Below are positions 38,438 to 49,723 of a DNA stretch of 64,000 nucleotides, piece after piece. The notes under the pieces are model-generated. The model saw only the letters and a program-made list of their open reading frames with translations, did not search any database and was not told the origin of the DNA. Position 1 is the stretch's first letter. Each line of letters begins with the position of its first letter. Source of the DNA: Myxococcota bacterium (lineage in GTDB: Bacteria; Myxococcota_A; UBA9160; SZUA-336); the NCBI GenBank assembly GCA_965247115.1, contig CBDFGR010000002.1, forward strand, positions 1,504,001 to 1,568,000. The letters are read 5' to 3'. Both the position numbers and the translations under genes were made by a program.

Positions 38438-39748
38438 CTAGCGGCCGACTCCCGTATAGCGGAAGCCCAGCTTCTCGACCTCACTGCGATCGTAGACGTT
38501 GCGCAGGTCGACGAGGACCGGGCTCAAGAGGTACTCCCTGAGCCTCACGAAGTCGAGCGAGCGGAACTCGTTCCACTCCGTGGCCAGGACCAGACAGTCG
38601 CTGTCTTTCGCGACGTCGTACGCATCCTTACAGAAGGTCACATCCACGAGCTCTTCCCGAGCCCTCGGCATGGCTTGCGGGTCGAAGCAGCGCACCCCGG
38701 CACCCTCCTCCTGCAGACGTCGGATGATCCCCAGTGCGGGCGAGTCTCGCACGTCGTCCGTGTTCGGCTTGTAGGAGAGACCGAGCACGCCCACGGTCTT
38801 GCCGACCAGGGCTCCGATCTGCTCGGAGATCTTCTCGATCATGCGCTCGCGCTGTGCGTCGTTGGCGGCGATCGCCGCGGAGACGACGCGCTGCTCGACT
38901 CCGAACTCGCGGCTGAAGCTCACGAGCGAAAGGGTGTCCTTGGGAAAGCAGGAGCCGCCGTAGCCCGGCCCGGGATGCAGGAACTTGCTGCTGATCCTGC
39001 CGTCCAGTCCCATCGCGCGCGCCACGTGGTGCACGTCCGCACCGACCCTTTCCGCCAGGTTGGAGATCTCGTTGATGAAGCTGATCTTCGCCGCGAGGAA
39101 AGCGTTCGACGCATACTTGATGAGCTCGGCTGTCGCGATGTTCGTGACGACGAAGGGCACCTCGATCAAGTAGAGCGGACGGTAGAGGTCCCTGAGAATC
39201 GCGATCGCCTCATCGTCCTCCGCGCCGATCACGATACGATCGGGGCGCAGGAAGTCCTCCACCGCGCTGCCCTCGCGCAGGAACTCCGGGTTCGCGACAA
39301 CGGAGCAGCGATGCTGTTCGTTGCCGCTCTCTGCCATGGCAGCTTCGATCGTCCTCTTGACCCGCTCCGCCGTCCGCACCGGGACGGTGCTCTTCGTGAC
39401 GACCACCTTGTAGCCATCGAGACTGGCACCGATGGTGCGTGAGACGTCGTCCACGTATGAGAGGTCCGTGCTGCCGTCCGGTTGCGGAGGAGTGGGGACG
39501 GCAATGAAGATGACCAGGGCTCGCTCGACGGCTTCGCGCGCGTTCGTCGTGAAGCGGAGGCGGCCGTTGCTCGTGTTGCGGCGCACGATCTCCTCGAGTC
39601 CGGGCTCGAAGATCGGAACCTCGCCCTCCCGGAGCTTGTCGATCTTGGCCCCATCCTTGTCGACGCAGGTGACACTGATCCCGAACTCGGCGAAGCAAGC
39701 GCCCGTAACGAGCCCGACGTACCCCGTTCCGATCACCGCCACGTTCAT
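38438..39748 (-). CDS. ugd: UDP-glucose 6-dehydrogenase
   Basis: GTGYVGL, KSTVP, NPEFLREG, ELIKYASNAFLA, GYGGSCFPKD. Confidence 0.93.
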   Translation of the reverse strand: MNVAVIGTGYVGLVTGACFAEFGISVTCVDKDGAKIDKLREGEVPIFEPGLEEIVRRNTSNGRLRFTTNAREAVERALVIFIAVPTPPQPDGSTDLSYVDDVSRTIGASLDGYKVVVTKSTVPVRTAERVKRTIEAAMAESGNEQHRCSVVANPEFLREGSAVEDFLRPDRIVIGAEDDEAIAILRDLYRPLYLIEVPFVVTNIATAELIKYASNAFLAAKISFINEISNLAERVGADVHHVARAMGLDGRISSKFLHPGPGYGGSCFPKDTLSLVSFSREFGVEQRVVSAAIAANDAQRERMIEKISEQIGALVGKTVGVLGLSYKPNTDDVRDSPALGIIRRLQEEGAGVRCFDPQAMPRAREELVDVTFCKDAYDVAKDSDCLVLATEWNEFRSLDFVRLREYLLSPVLVDLRNVYDRSEVEKLGFRYTGVGR

Positions 39749-40119
39749 GACCGCTCCCTCTTTCGCGCCGAGAACCGGACGCCCTCGAACACCACGATCC
39801 CGATCAAGACTCCCACGGCGTTCGCGCGAAGATCAGCGAATGAGGCAACCCGACTGGGAACCGACGCCTGGAGCCACTCCCCTAGCGCGGCAAAGCCCAG
39901 ACACGCGGCCAGCGCGATCGGGATCCGTAGCTGGGGAGGACCACCGAGGCTCCACAGGGTAACCCAGGAAAGACCGACGAACAGCGGGATGTGTACGAGA
40001 TCCATCGTGGAGGCCGAGAGCCCGAGCCGCACCAGATCTCTCGCCGGCGTGGCGGAGAGCAACAGGATCCCGCCGAGGTAGATCAGGACGACCGGGAGCC
40101 GCCGCAGCGCTGGAGTCAC
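39745..40119 (-). CDS. VanZ family membrane protein
   Basis: Hydrophobic segments; DLVHIPLF, EWLQASVPSRVASFADLRANAVG. Confidence 0.8.
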   Translation of the reverse strand: MTPALRRLPVVLIYLGGILLLSATPARDLVRLGLSASTMDLVHIPLFVGLSWVTLWSLGGPPQLRIPIALAACLGFAALGEWLQASVPSRVASFADLRANAVGVLIGIVVFEGVRFSARKRERS

Positions 40120-41069
40120 GGAGACTCCTCTCGCAGCCAGCGGACGAACTCGCGCAGACCAAGATCGAGGTCCACACGAGGCTCGTAGCCAAGCTCGGCG
40201 CGGGCGAGATCAATCGCCGCCCAGGTTCTTGGCACGTCCCCAGCCTGAAGCGGGTGCACCTCGCGCTTGATGGAGACTCCGAGCGCACGCTCCAGCGCGG
40301 CGATCGTCTCGTTCAACGTCACCGGTGCTCCCCTGCCGAGGTTGTAGACGTGGAAGCCCTCAGCTCGATCGAGGGCACGGAGAATCCCATCGACCAGATC
40401 CGAAACGAAGGTGAAGTCGCGCTCGCTACTCCCGTCTCCGAAGACGGGAATGGCCTCGCCGGCCAGAGCTCGGCGCGCAAAGGTGTGAATGGCGAGATCC
40501 GGGCGCTGGCGTGGCCCGTAGGCCGTAAAGAAGCGCAGGCATGTGATGGAAAAGTCAGCACTCGCGTGGAAGGAGTGACAGAGCAGCTCACCCCCGCGCT
40601 TGCTCGCGCCATAGGGCGAGAGCGGGCGGTCCGGGCGGTCCGCCTCGTTGAACGGCTCCCGCGGCCGATCTCCGTAGACACTTGCCGAGGAGGCAAAGAT
40701 CACGCGTGAGACCTCCGCTTGCGCGGCCGCATGGAGCAGCGTCGCCGTCCCCGTCATGTTGACGTCCATGTACTCCTCGGGCTCGAGCAGGCTCGGTCGA
40801 ACACCTGCACGCGCGGCGAGGTGGATCAGCGCAGCGGGACGGAACTCGCGAAGACAACGCGTGACACCGTCCCGATCGCGGATATCGAGCTCCCAGACAC
40901 CGGCGAAGCCCCGCTGGCTGCGGGCGCCTGCCAGGTTTCGCTCCTTCATCCGTCGCGGATAGAAGTCGTGAAAAGAGTCGAGCACAGCGACTTCATCCGA
41001 GCGCGCGAGCAGAGCGTCCACCACGTGCGACCCAATGGCCCCAGCCCCGCCCGTAACCAGAACCTTCAT
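40116..41069 (-). CDS. NAD-dependent epimerase (UDP-glucuronate 4-epimerase-like)
   Basis: VTGGAGAIG, HLAARAGVRPS, YGASK, LRFFTAYGPRQRPDLA, RDFT. Confidence 0.88.
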   Translation of the reverse strand: MKVLVTGGAGAIGSHVVDALLARSDEVAVLDSFHDFYPRRMKERNLAGARSQRGFAGVWELDIRDRDGVTRCLREFRPAALIHLAARAGVRPSLLEPEEYMDVNMTGTATLLHAAAQAEVSRVIFASSASVYGDRPREPFNEADRPDRPLSPYGASKRGGELLCHSFHASADFSITCLRFFTAYGPRQRPDLAIHTFARRALAGEAIPVFGDGSSERDFTFVSDLVDGILRALDRAEGFHVYNLGRGAPVTLNETIAALERALGVSIKREVHPLQAGDVPRTWAAIDLARAELGYEPRVDLDLGLREFVRWLREESP

Positions 41070-41091
41070 GAACAAAGCATAACGAAAAGCA

Positions 41092-41139
41092 AACCCCTAC
41101 CCGATCGGCAACCTGAACCCCTAGCCGATCGGCAACCTG
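41092..41139. repeat. 24-bp tandem direct repeat (2 copies) with palindromic CCGATCGG core
   Basis: AACCCCTACCCGATCGGCAACCTG / AACCCCTAGCCGATCGGCAACCTG. Confidence 0.8.
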
Positions 41140-41223
41140 CAAGCGCCGCAATTGCGGCGCGCGCAGCGAAGGCCTGAGCGAAGGTGGGTGGCCCGCGGAC
41201 GCCCGCGGGCCGGGTCCCACAGG
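41139..41223 (-). repeat. REP-like element, copy 4 (middle hairpin collapsed)
   Basis: Consensus ends retained; AGGCC-loop-GGCCT reduced to AGGCCT. Confidence 0.88.
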
Positions 41224-41226
41224 GAC

Positions 41227-42663
41227 TCACTCCGCGAGGCCACACTCCTTGATCTTCTGGAGGAGGGTCTTGTAGCTCACCTCGAGGATCTTGGCGGCCT
41301 TCTTGCGGTTCCAGTTCGTCTGATACAAAACTTGTCGCAGCGCCCGCCGTTCCGCCGCTCGAGCGGCTCGCTTGCCGATCTCGCGCAGCGACACACCCTC
41401 CTGCGTCGGATCGAGCTCCGGAGCCGCCTCGTCCTCTTCCTCCACTCTCGGGTGGACCGAAGCACTGGTTCCAAAAACCTCGTCCGCGATGACCTCCTCG
41501 CTTTGCAGCACGACGATGCGCTTCAGCATGTTCTCGAGCTCACGCACGTTCCCCGGCCAGGGATACTCCTTGAAGCCCTGCCGGAGGCGCTTGGACAGCG
41601 TGACTTGCTCGCGCCCGTACTCGCGGCTGTACAGCGTCAGGAAGTGGTCGGTGAGAAGCGGGATCTCCTCTGGCCGCTCGCGGAGCGGCGGCACGCGGAC
41701 GTTCACGACGTTCAGCCGGTAATACAGATCCTCGCGGAACGTGCCTTTGCGAACCATCTCCTCCAGGTTGCGGTTCGTCGCGGCCACGACGCGGACGTCG
41801 ACGCGGACCTCGGTGTGGCCGCCGAGCCGTGAGAACTCGCCGTCCTGGAGGACCTGCAGGAGCTTCGCTTGGAGCTTGGGACTCATCTCCCCGATCTCAT
41901 CGAGGAACATGGTGCCACCGCAGGCGACCTCGAACTTGCCCGGCTTGCGGGACGTCGCGCCCGTGAAGGCCCCGCGCTCGTAGCCGAACAGCTCGCTCTC
42001 GAGCAGCTCCTCGGGCAAGGCCGCGCAGTTCACCTTGACGAAGCGCTTCGTGCGCCGCGTGGACAGCTCGTGCACGGTACGCGCCACGACCTCCTTGCCC
42101 ACGCCACTTTCACCGTGGATCAATACGGTCACCCCGGCGTCGCCGATCTGCTCGAGGATCTCCCGGATCCGGTTCATCTGCTCGGAGGCCCAGAGGAACG
42201 TCGCCTTGCCGCGACCGCGTTGGCTCCCGGGCAGCTCGTCCTGGTGGACCTCGGGGGCAGAGTCGAACGCCCGCTCGAGCGCGTCCCCGAGCTCCTTCTC
42301 CTCGAAGGGCTTGTTCAGGTAGTCAACCGCGCCGATGTTCATCGCCTCCACTACGGTGGCCGCCTTGCGCACCACCGAGAGCATGATCACGGGCATGCTC
42401 GGCAAGCGGCGGCGAATCTCGCGCAGCGTGTCCAGACCACCCAGGTCCGGCATCATGACATCGAGGAAGATCGCGTCCGGCTGGGTTTCCCGCTCGAGGA
42501 GCTCTAGCGCCGCGGCGCCGTCCGCGGCCAGCACGACGTCGTATCCCAAAAGAGGCAGCAGGTTCTGCAGGTAAGCCCGAATGGCCTCTGCGTCGTCAAC
42601 GACCATCACCCGTCTGCGCGAGGGAATACTTCGCGGCGCTCCGGACCTAGTCATGGCGGTCAC
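41227..42663 (-). CDS. sigma-54-dependent response regulator (NtrC family)
   Basis: VMVVDD, FLDVMMP, GESGVGKE, GAFTGA, WPGNVREL, HTH; start 42663 or 42654. Confidence 0.92.
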   Translation of the reverse strand: MTAMTRSGAPRSIPSRRRVMVVDDAEAIRAYLQNLLPLLGYDVVLAADGAAALELLERETQPDAIFLDVMMPDLGGLDTLREIRRRLPSMPVIMLSVVRKAATVVEAMNIGAVDYLNKPFEEKELGDALERAFDSAPEVHQDELPGSQRGRGKATFLWASEQMNRIREILEQIGDAGVTVLIHGESGVGKEVVARTVHELSTRRTKRFVKVNCAALPEELLESELFGYERGAFTGATSRKPGKFEVACGGTMFLDEIGEMSPKLQAKLLQVLQDGEFSRLGGHTEVRVDVRVVAATNRNLEEMVRKGTFREDLYYRLNVVNVRVPPLRERPEEIPLLTDHFLTLYSREYGREQVTLSKRLRQGFKEYPWPGNVRELENMLKRIVVLQSEEVIADEVFGTSASVHPRVEEEDEAAPELDPTQEGVSLREIGKRAARAAERRALRQVLYQTNWNRKKAAKILEVSYKTLLQKIKECGLAE

Positions 42664-42684
42664 AGCTCGAGTCCATCGCTCACT

Positions 42685-42712
42685 CTATCGGCGAGGAACT
42701 CCGCGGGCTTGT
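42685..42712 (-). promoter_or_regulatory. sigma-28-like promoter candidate
   Basis: ACAAG-N15-GCCGATAG, immediately adjacent to the repeat pair. Confidence 0.45.
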
Positions 42713-42895
42713 CTTGTGGGACCCGGCCCGCGGGCGGCCGCGGGCCACCCACCTTCGCTCAGGCCAAAGGCCTTCGCTGCGCGCGCCGCTTCCGCGGCGC
42801 TTGCCTTGTGGGACCCGGCCCGCGGGCGGCCGCGGGCCACCCACCTTCGCTCAGGCCAAAGGCCCTCGCTGCGCGCGCCGCTTCCGCGGCGCTGC
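42713..42895 (+). repeat. REP-like element, copies 5 and 6 (tandem, ~92-bp unit)
   Basis: Units start at 42713 and 42805 and are nearly identical. Confidence 0.92.
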
Positions 42896-43074
42896 GCGCG
42901 CCGCTGCATGGGTGGGGACTCCGCAACGGGTTGCCGATTCTTCACGGAATCTGAACTTGGGAATCTGAACTTGGGGACGGTCCTTAATCTTGCACTCGCT
43001 GCTGGCGCGGAAGGCGTGCGCTGGCGCATGCTGTCGCCACAAAGGTGCGGATTTTTGCTGAGGTCGGGGCGTAG

Positions 43075-45072
<1,998 letters not shown>

Positions 45073-45102
45073 TCCGGGTGATGCTTTGGGGTTCGTGACG
45101 CC

Positions 45103-45136
45103 GTCGGAGGGCGGGGACCACTCCTCGCCCTCCGAC
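45103..45136. terminator. strong hairpin between convergent ligA and rsmI
   Basis: GTCGGAGGGCGGGGA-CCAC-TCCTCGCCCTCCGAC; no clear U-tract. Confidence 0.45.
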
Positions 45137-45171
45137 TCCTTGCCCGCGCTTCGTGTTCGGGTCGGGGGAGG

Positions 45172-46026
45172 CTAGTCGGGGGGGTCGGGTTTCTGTGCGG
45201 GGACGTGGGCGAGGATGCTGCGGTAGGCGGTAGTTCTGGAGACGCCCAGCTCCGTGGCCAGCTTCCGGGCTACGTCGCGGACGCTCAGGCCCGAGGCGAG
45301 GAGCTCCTCGATGTGGGGGGCGAGGTTCGTGGGGTCGGGCTCCGCGGCGGAGGCGGGGCCCTCCACGATCAAGGTGACCTCGCCCCGCGTCCGGTCGAGG
45401 TGGACCTCGCCGAGCCGGCCGCGGACGAATTCCTCGTAGAGCTTCGTGAGCTCCCGTCCGATCGCGATCCGCCTCGGGCCGAGCGTACGAAACAGGTCCG
45501 CGAGCGTGTCGTTCACCCGCCCCGGCGCCTCGTAGAATACGAGCGTTCCCGGGAACGCGGCTACGCGTTCCAGTGTCAGGTGTCGCGCGCGGCCTTTGCG
45601 CGGCAGGAAGCCCTCGAACGCGAAGGGCCGTGTCGCAAAGCCACTGCCAACGAGCCCTGCCAGCAGTGCGGACGGCCCGGGAACAGGCACGACCTCTATC
45701 CCGCCTGCAAGGGCGGCGCTCACCAGCGCAAGGCCTGGGTCCGAGAGCAGTGGGGTCCCCGCGTCCGAGACGAGCGCGATCGAGTCGCCGGTCTTCAAGC
45801 GGCCCAGGAGCATCGGGACACGCCGCGCCTCGTTGTGCGCGTGGAGTGAGACGCGCCGGGTCGGGATCTCGAAGCGCTGGCACAGGCGCGCGGTCCGCCG
45901 CGTGTCCTCGCACGCAATCAGCGCGACCTCTCGCAGCGTGCGCAGCGCTCGCACGCTCGCGTCATCTAGATTCCCGATCGGCGTCGCGACCACGTAGACG
46001 CGGCCCGGATTCTCCGATATCGTCAC
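45172..46026 (-). CDS. rsmI: 16S rRNA C1402 2'-O-methyltransferase
   Basis: YVVATPIGNL, ACEDTR, VSDAGTP..SDPG, FEGFLP, RELTKLYEE. Confidence 0.95.
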   Translation of the reverse strand: MTISENPGRVYVVATPIGNLDDASVRALRTLREVALIACEDTRRTARLCQRFEIPTRRVSLHAHNEARRVPMLLGRLKTGDSIALVSDAGTPLLSDPGLALVSAALAGGIEVVPVPGPSALLAGLVGSGFATRPFAFEGFLPRKGRARHLTLERVAAFPGTLVFYEAPGRVNDTLADLFRTLGPRRIAIGRELTKLYEEFVRGRLGEVHLDRTRGEVTLIVEGPASAAEPDPTNLAPHIEELLASGLSVRDVARKLATELGVSRTTAYRSILAHVPAQKPDPPD

Positions 46027-46060
46027 CCGTGCCTCACCCCGGCTCTCGGTCCCGAAGGCG

Positions 46061-46438
46061 CTGGATATTCCCACCGAGCGGAACACGCGAGCACTGGGCC
46101 GCCGCGGCGAGGACATCGCACAGTCCTTCCTGGAGGACCGGGGCTACCGTATTCTCGCACGCAACGTTCACCTCCGGCACGCGGAGCTGGACCTCGTGGC
46201 CCTCGACGGCGACACACTCTGCTTCGTCGAGGTACGACTGCGCAGGAGCCGGCGCTTCGGCAGCGCCGAGGAATCGATCGATAAGCGAAAGCAGCGCCGC
46301 ATCCTTCGCGCCGCCTCGCAGCTCCTGGCCACCCGAAGCCTCCCTCGCTTCCGCAAGATTCGCTTCGACGTAATAGCAATCGACGCCTCCCATCACCCCC
46401 CGGAGGTAGGTCACTTCCGAAACGCCTTCCACCGCTAG
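46061..46438 (+). CDS. YraN family (UPF0102) nuclease-like protein, apparent non-canonical start
   Basis: LGRRGEDIA..FL..RGYRILARN..ELDLVA..LCFVEVR..RFDVIAI; no in-frame ATG/GTG/TTG between TAG 45995 and GTG 46196. Confidence 0.85.
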   Translation: MDIPTERNTRALGRRGEDIAQSFLEDRGYRILARNVHLRHAELDLVALDGDTLCFVEVRLRRSRRFGSAEESIDKRKQRRILRAASQLLATRSLPRFRKIRFDVIAIDASHHPPEVGHFRNAFHR

Positions 46439-46451
46439 CCGAGCCAACCGG

Positions 46452-46544
46452 GCAAGCGCCGCGGAACGCGGCGCGCGCAGCGAAGGCCGAAGGCCTGAGC
46501 GAAGGTGGGTGGCCCGCGGACGCCCGCGGGTCGGGTCCCACAAG
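46452..46544 (-). repeat. REP-like element, copy 7
   Basis: Between convergent yraN and rplS; starts 6 nt after the rplS stop. Confidence 0.9.
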
Positions 46545-46550
46545 ACAGGT

Positions 46551-46901
46551 CTATTCGGCCGTGTAGCGCTCGCGGATCCGCGCTGCCTTGCCCCGCAGCT
46601 CGCGCAAGTAGAAGAGGCGCGAGCGGCGCACGCGGCCGCGCGACTTGAGCTCGATCCGGACCACGTTCGGCGACTGCAGGGGGAAGACGCGCTCGACGCC
46701 GACGCCGTAGGACACCTTGCGTACGGTGAACGTCTCGTGCATCCCACCCCGATGGCGCTGGAGCACAACTCCCTCGAAGACCTGCACGCGCTCCTTGTCC
46801 CCCTCCGTGATCCGGACGTGCACGCGAACGGTGTCACCGCTGCGAAACTGCGGGTGGTCGGTCCGCATGCCCTCTCTCTCGATCTCTCGAATCTCTCTCA
46901 T
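46551..46901 (-). CDS. rplS: 50S ribosomal protein L19
   Basis: [41 protein letters not shown]. Confidence 0.97.
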   Translation of the reverse strand: MREIREIEREGMRTDHPQFRSGDTVRVHVRITEGDKERVQVFEGVVLQRHRGGMHETFTVRKVSYGVGVERVFPLQSPNVVRIELKSRGRVRRSRLFYLRELRGKAARIRERYTAE

Positions 46902-47626
46902 TTTCCTAACTCCCGGAGGAACTTCCGATCCTCCTCGCTCAAGCGCTCCGTCTCGAGCAGCTCCGGCCTGCGGCGCCGCGTCACGCGAAGGGACTCCTCG
47001 CGCCGAAAGCGTTCGATGCGTGCGTGATTGCCCGACAGCAAGGGCTCCGGGACGGTGCGGCCCCGGAACTCCCGGGGTCGCGTGAAGATCGGGTGCTCCA
47101 GAAGCCCCTCGCTAAAGGTGTCGGCCTGCGGCGAGATGGGATTTCCGACGACGCCGGGCACGAGCCGGGTCACAGCCTCGGTCACGACCAGGGCCGCCGC
47201 CTCTCCGCCCGAAATCACGAAGTCCCCAATTGAAAGCTCCTCGGCGCCCGTCTCCTCGAAGATCCGCTCGTCGAAGCCCGCATAGCGGCCACAGAGCAGG
47301 AGCAGCTGCCGCTCTGCAGCCAGCTCCTGGGCCAGGACCTGATCGAAGAGGCGTCCTCGAGGACCCAGCGCGCAGATCCGCGCACCTGGGAACGCGAGGG
47401 CCTCGACGGCCGCGACGACCGGCTCGCACTTGAGCACCATCCCGTCGCCCCCACCGTAGGGCTCGTCGTCCACGCTGCGCTGCTTGTCCGTGGCGTACGC
47501 TCGCAGGTCGCTGACCCGAACCTCGACGACCCCCTCGCGGCGAGCCGCGCCGAGCAGCGAGCCCTTGAGAAAGTGCTCCACCAGCTCGGGAAAGATGGTG
47601 ACGATGTCGATACGAGGGCCCGCCAT
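46898..47626 (-). CDS. trmD: tRNA (guanine-N1)-methyltransferase
   Basis: [46 protein letters not shown]. Confidence 0.95.
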   Translation of the reverse strand: MAGPRIDIVTIFPELVEHFLKGSLLGAARREGVVEVRVSDLRAYATDKQRSVDDEPYGGGDGMVLKCEPVVAAVEALAFPGARICALGPRGRLFDQVLAQELAAERQLLLLCGRYAGFDERIFEETGAEELSIGDFVISGGEAAALVVTEAVTRLVPGVVGNPISPQADTFSEGLLEHPIFTRPREFRGRTVPEPLLSGNHARIERFRREESLRVTRRRRPELLETERLSEEDRKFLRELGK

Positions 47627-47627
47627 A

Positions 47628-48209
47628 TCAGGCCTCGTCCTCGATCATTCCTGCTGGAGGATCCAGCCAGATCTCTCCCGCCTCGAGATCCACCCGAACT
47701 AGGAGCTCGCGCAGGGCGGGTACCAGGTTTTGGTGCGAGCCCTTGCACACCACGAGCACGTCGCTGGCGCGCGTCGACCAGATCTCTTCGACTCGCCCCA
47801 GCTCGCTCCCGTCGGGGAGGCGCGCACGCAGACCGATGATCTCGCGCCAGTAGAACTCGCCCGCCGGCAGCGCTTGGATCGCTGCTTCGCGCAGCGAGAG
47901 CCGCGCTCCCTTCCACTCCACGGCCTGCTCGCGGCTGCCGAGTCCCAGCAGCTCGAGATGGGCCCGCGCGTGCCCGGCGCGGCTCGGACTCGCCGCCAGC
48001 GCGTGGCGGATCCGAAAGGGGATCTCGCCGGGGCCGCCCTCGAGACGGACCTCCGTCGCCTCTAGGAGATTCTTGAGATCCTCGCCGTGAAGCTCGACCA
48101 GCAGGCGGCCCTCGCGACCCGTCGGTCGCAGCAGCCACCCGATCTCGACCCACGTGCCGCTCCCAGTGTCGGGCAGGCTCGAAAGCTCACTTGCGCCTCT
48201 CGCAGCCAC
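47628..48209 (-). CDS. rimM: ribosome maturation factor RimM
   Basis: LPAGEFYWREIIGL, SDVLVV, LVPA; lies between rpsP and trmD; start uncertain. Confidence 0.88.
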   Translation of the reverse strand: MAARGASELSSLPDTGSGTWVEIGWLLRPTGREGRLLVELHGEDLKNLLEATEVRLEGGPGEIPFRIRHALAASPSRAGHARAHLELLGLGSREQAVEWKGARLSLREAAIQALPAGEFYWREIIGLRARLPDGSELGRVEEIWSTRASDVLVVCKGSHQNLVPALRELLVRVDLEAGEIWLDPPAGMIEDEA

Positions 48210-48234
48210 GTCCGCACAACCCGATCGCGCTCGC

Positions 48235-48504
48235 TCAGCTGGCCGCGGGCTGCGGCTCTTCCGCTGCCTCGCGCGCGCGCTTGCGAATGAGCGATGCGAC
48301 GCTGTCGCTGACGCGCGCTCCCTTACCGACCCAGGCGTCGAAAGCCTGCCGCTTGAGCGAGAGCTCGGTGCCGGGCGCGAGCGGGTCGTAGGTTCCCAGG
48401 AACTCCAGCGCGCGACCGCTGCGCTTGGTCCGGGAGTCGACAGCTACGATGCGGTACTTCGGGCGCTTCTTGGCACCCGCTCGAAACAGGCGAATGGTCA
48501 CCAT
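48235..48504 (-). CDS. rpsP: 30S ribosomal protein S16
   Basis: MVTIRLFRAGAKKRPKYRIVAVDSR..GTYDP. Confidence 0.96.
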   Translation of the reverse strand: MVTIRLFRAGAKKRPKYRIVAVDSRTKRSGRALEFLGTYDPLAPGTELSLKRQAFDAWVGKGARVSDSVASLIRKRAREAAEEPQPAAS

Positions 48505-48572
48505 ACTGGAGTCCTCACGGAAGGTCCGAGGCGCGCCGCGAGGCACCCTCGGAAGAAGTGAAGTGGGCGAAA

Positions 48573-48782
48573 TTATAGGCGCTTTGCGCTCGAGTCAAGC
48601 GCGCCGGTACGGCGCGCCTCCTTCTCTCGGGAGCAGTCCCGACAGGCGTACCGGACTGGGTGACGCTGGGGGAGTCTGTCATAGCCCTGATCCAATGCGA
48701 TCCTGCGCACGTGCGTTACCGGGCGTCCGCAGAAATCGCACTTCTCGAGTCCGCCCTGGTCCACGCTGGCGCAAGGTAGCAC
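48573..48782 (-). CDS. small hypothetical protein with two CxxC motifs
   Basis: CDFC ... CRDC; fills the gap between rpsP and the DUF721 gene; start 48782 or 48764. Confidence 0.55.
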   Translation of the reverse strand: MLPCASVDQGGLEKCDFCGRPVTHVRRIALDQGYDRLPQRHPVRYACRDCSREKEARRTGALDSSAKRL

Positions 48783-48816
48783 AGGCGCCGCGGGGGGCGT
48801 CTGCTAGGGTTGCGGT

Positions 48817-49134
48817 GTGCGTGGCCGGCACCCAGGACGGCGCAAGAGTGGGCCACCCGAAGCGGTGGCGACTCTGTTGCCCAGCGTGCTCGACGAAGTG
48901 GGACTCGGCGCGACGTCAGACGCGGTGCAGCTCGTCCACGTCTGGGACGAGACCCTCGGCGAGCCCTTTGCTGCGAACTGCCGCCCCGAGGGTGTCCGCA
49001 AGGGGGTGGTGGTGGCCCGAGTCCCCGACTCGGCCTGGATGCAGCGTATCCAGCTCGAGAAGCCACGCATCCTGAAGCGCCTGGCAGAAGCGCTCGCGGA
49101 GCCCCCGCACGACATCCGACTCCTCATCGGCTGA
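48817..49134 (+). CDS. DUF721/DciA family protein
   Basis: W...LGE..A..CRP, DSAWMQRIQLEK..IL.RL pattern. Confidence 0.75.
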   Translation: MRGRHPGRRKSGPPEAVATLLPSVLDEVGLGATSDAVQLVHVWDETLGEPFAANCRPEGVRKGVVVARVPDSAWMQRIQLEKPRILKRLAEALAEPPHDIRLLIG

Positions 49135-49723
49135 GCACGGCCGCCTCCAGGATCGCGTCGAAGCGGATCGCCCCCTCGCGCAGGAGACGCAGGTTCCCGT
49201 CGGGATCGAGTGCAACGACGCTCGACGGGGCAAGATTCCCGGCCGTCCCCGCGACGACTGGCAGCTCCTGGCCGAAGAGCTCGTGAACCTCGCAAGCGGT
49301 CCCACATGGCGCTTCCCCGCTGCGATTGCAGCTCGTCGCGGCGATCGGCCGCTCGTACAGCCGCGCCAGGCGAGCGGCGACCGGGTGCGAGGAGCACCGA
49401 AAGCCGACACCGAACTCTGTAGCCACCTGCGCGAACGCGACGTCGACCTGTTGCAGCACCAGGGTGAGGGGACCGGGCCAGAAGCGCTTGGTCAAAAGAA
49501 GCGCTGGTTCGGGAAGGCTCGGGAGCCAGGCCTCCAGCGCGCTCGCGTCCCGGACCAGCACCGAGAGCCCGCGCTCGGGCGCCCGCCCCTTGAGGACTTG
49601 GAGTGCCTCGAGCGCGCTCGGCTCGAAGACGTCGACACCGAGGCCAAAGACGGTCTCGGTGGGATAGGCCACGACCCGCCCAGTCCCGAGGAGGCGAACG
49701 GCCTCGTCCGCAGAAACGATCAA
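49124..49723 (-). CDS. tsaC: L-threonylcarbamoyladenylate synthase (YrdC/Sua5)
   Basis: VAYPTETVFGLG, LKGR, FWPGPLTLV, ATSCNRSG, LLREGAI; TTG overlaps purD stop. Confidence 0.9.
   Translation of the reverse strand: MIVSADEAVRLLGTGRVVAYPTETVFGLGVDVFEPSALEALQVLKGRAPERGLSVLVRDASALEAWLPSLPEPALLLTKRFWPGPLTLVLQQVDVAFAQVATEFGVGFRCSSHPVAARLARLYERPIAATSCNRSGEAPCGTACEVHELFGQELPVVAGTAGNLAPSSVVALDPDGNLRLLREGAIRFDAILEAAVLSR

Noticed and set aside
41101..41135. Sigma-28-like promoter at the GCCGAT boxes before the epimerase
   Set aside because: No matching -35 box at 15-nt spacing on either strand
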